A stretch of 64,000 bases of DNA. It comes from Callorhinchus milii. Its lineage: Eukaryota. Under the pieces are notes generated by a model that saw only the letters and a list, made by a program, of their open reading frames with translations, ran no database searches and had not been told where the DNA came from. The translations under genes and the position numbers were made by a program. Where the stretch lies: assembly GCF_018977255.1 (NCBI RefSeq), contig NW_024704742.1, positions 45,200,001-45,264,000 of the forward strand, read 5' to 3'. This document shows, piece by piece, positions 62,256 through 64,000 of this stretch; the first letter of the stretch is position 1, and every line of letters starts with the position of its first letter.

Positions 62256-63783
62256 AAAAACTTGAAACTTGAAACTTGGACGTAAAATCAAAGGAAGGAC
62301 TTTTTTACAGGAACTATTATATTTCTTATTATACAGGAAGCCAATATTGTCTTAGGATCATAAGCTGAAGTATACCCCTCCCTTTTAGCTTTCTTGAAAA
62401 AGGAGATCACCAGCTGGGATGAACACCATCTCCACTACCTGATGAGAAGTAAGGTATCAATTCCACACATCAAGAAGATCACAAAAAATGTACTCACCCT
62501 CAACATCCAGCCAATAACTGTGACTCTCACGTGAGATGGAAGATCTCACAGAACATAAACAAGCCACAGTCAAATTCTTCTTCCTAGAGAGTCTGTAGGA
62601 AGATACAGGCTAAATTATATGTATTCCCATGAATCTACAAAGTGTCTTCTATTTCGTGTTATGTTGTCTATTACCCTTAATGAATATGAAGCACATCCTA
62701 CAATTCAAGCCAATACCGTCCTTCTGCACATCCACTGACCCCTCCGCCCCAGAGTCCCAGTCTTAACCACCCTGACAGCTTGTTTCATTTGTTAATTACC
62801 TTCTGGGTATAAAAAACTTGAAATTGCTCTTTGCACACTGATAGCTCCTAATTATTATATTCTAATGTATAGGTGGCCATTCTTTCTAATCATGTTACAG
62901 TTACCTTACCTATAAGCTCATGCACAAACCAGAAAACCAGAGACCTCAGTTTTCTCCCTTTTATTAGAAATAAACAGAAAAATTCAAGGAGCCCAACTTC
63001 CACACAGATATTTCCTCATCAGTTCCATGCAAGACAGCTAAAGCTGTGCTACAAGGTTGTATAATTTGTTATGTCCCAACACTGCCAAAGGAGTAACAGA
63101 AATAAATGTTTGCCCTTGTGTGGAAGGTTGTATGGTTGAAACAGTTGCATGGAAGAAGCAAATTTGATATAATTCATCCCAACCTGTTTAAGGCTGTAAC
63201 GTGACTTGGCTTCCTAATTACTAAGACAGTCAGGTTGTGTAATTCCTAAAGATATTTTACTCTTGGAGATGGTAGCGTGCCTTCCGAGCATTGACTTTAG
63301 AAGTTTTGATCTTGTTGTTCAAAATCCTTTTTTTCAGTTAATACGAATATGAATTATGATTTCTGGAATGTTTACAGCATTTATTATATATTACTATTAT
63401 TTATTAGAATATTTTCTCCCTCTCTCTGAGAGGAATGATTTCACAGCATTTTACAATTAGCCTTGTTATGTTTCACTGGTCATGACCAGTGACGAAGTAA
63501 GGTAGCATCATTTAAGGAATGATACGTAAGGATATTCCATGTTGAATATGCAAAAATGGGATGGGTTCCCGGTTGTTAAAAGCCAAACTGTTTTTTGATG
63601 GTCATCTTATGCTGGCAGCAGAGTTCTTCAGTTGGGAAAATTAGAATGCTTCTATTTTTGCATTGCTGAGGAAAGAGAGATCCTTCATGCATATAAAATA
63701 TGGACTTGTAATACAAAATTCTAGCAAAGATGCTTGTCGTTTGCTTGAAAATAAACAAAATTAGACTTACCCTTAAGAATTTG

Positions 63784-64000
63784 GTCACTGGGGCAAGAAT
63801 TCTGTCCACTCAGCTCCTGTTAACTCTGCGAGATGGGTAGGGTGGTTTAGCTGGACAAGCAGTGAAACAGATAGTGTGCTTTCAATGGCAATGAAGCTTA
63901 GCTGGTTAAAGTCCAGCAGTACCCAAATGCACACTCTGTGGTCTCTAAGCCTTGGCTTTTGCCAAATTGCATTGAATACTCTCTGGAAATAGGTAAAACT
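63784..64000 (+). mobile_element. A-tailed retroposon family X, copy 6 (runs off the window)
   Basis: CCACTCAGCTCCTGTTAAC...TAGCTGGACAAGCAGTG...TCCAGCAGTACCCAAATGCACACTCTG...AAGCCTTGG matches the reverse complement of ~45750-46000. Confidence 0.82.

Overview
AT-rich vertebrate non-coding DNA (intergenic or a very long intron). The repeat complement points to a cartilaginous fish, possibly a holocephalan such as Callorhinchus; this is inference from repeat families, not a database match. I find no supportable host protein-coding gene: every recognisable ORF in the track is a decayed LINE ORF2 fragment. The window is dominated by four repeat groups: L2 LINE fragments with (TTG)n tails, CR1 fragments with (ATTCTATG)n-type tails, tRNA-Ala-headed SINEs, and Deu-domain SINEs. 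Both SINE groups carry an L2-like 3' tail, and many copies are nested. Five features stand out. (1) An unclassified A-tailed retroposon family with six copies, one showing twin-priming-type 5' inversion geometry. (2) A 28S rRNA-derived fragment from the peptidyl-transferase region. (3) A near-perfect inverted repeat with 85-bp arms. (4) A candidate solo LTR with a GTAT target duplication. (5) An L2 inserted cleanly into a ~40-bp minisatellite. Repeat boundaries were read by eye and are approximate unless exact motifs are quoted. I see no CRISPR or prokaryote-type system.
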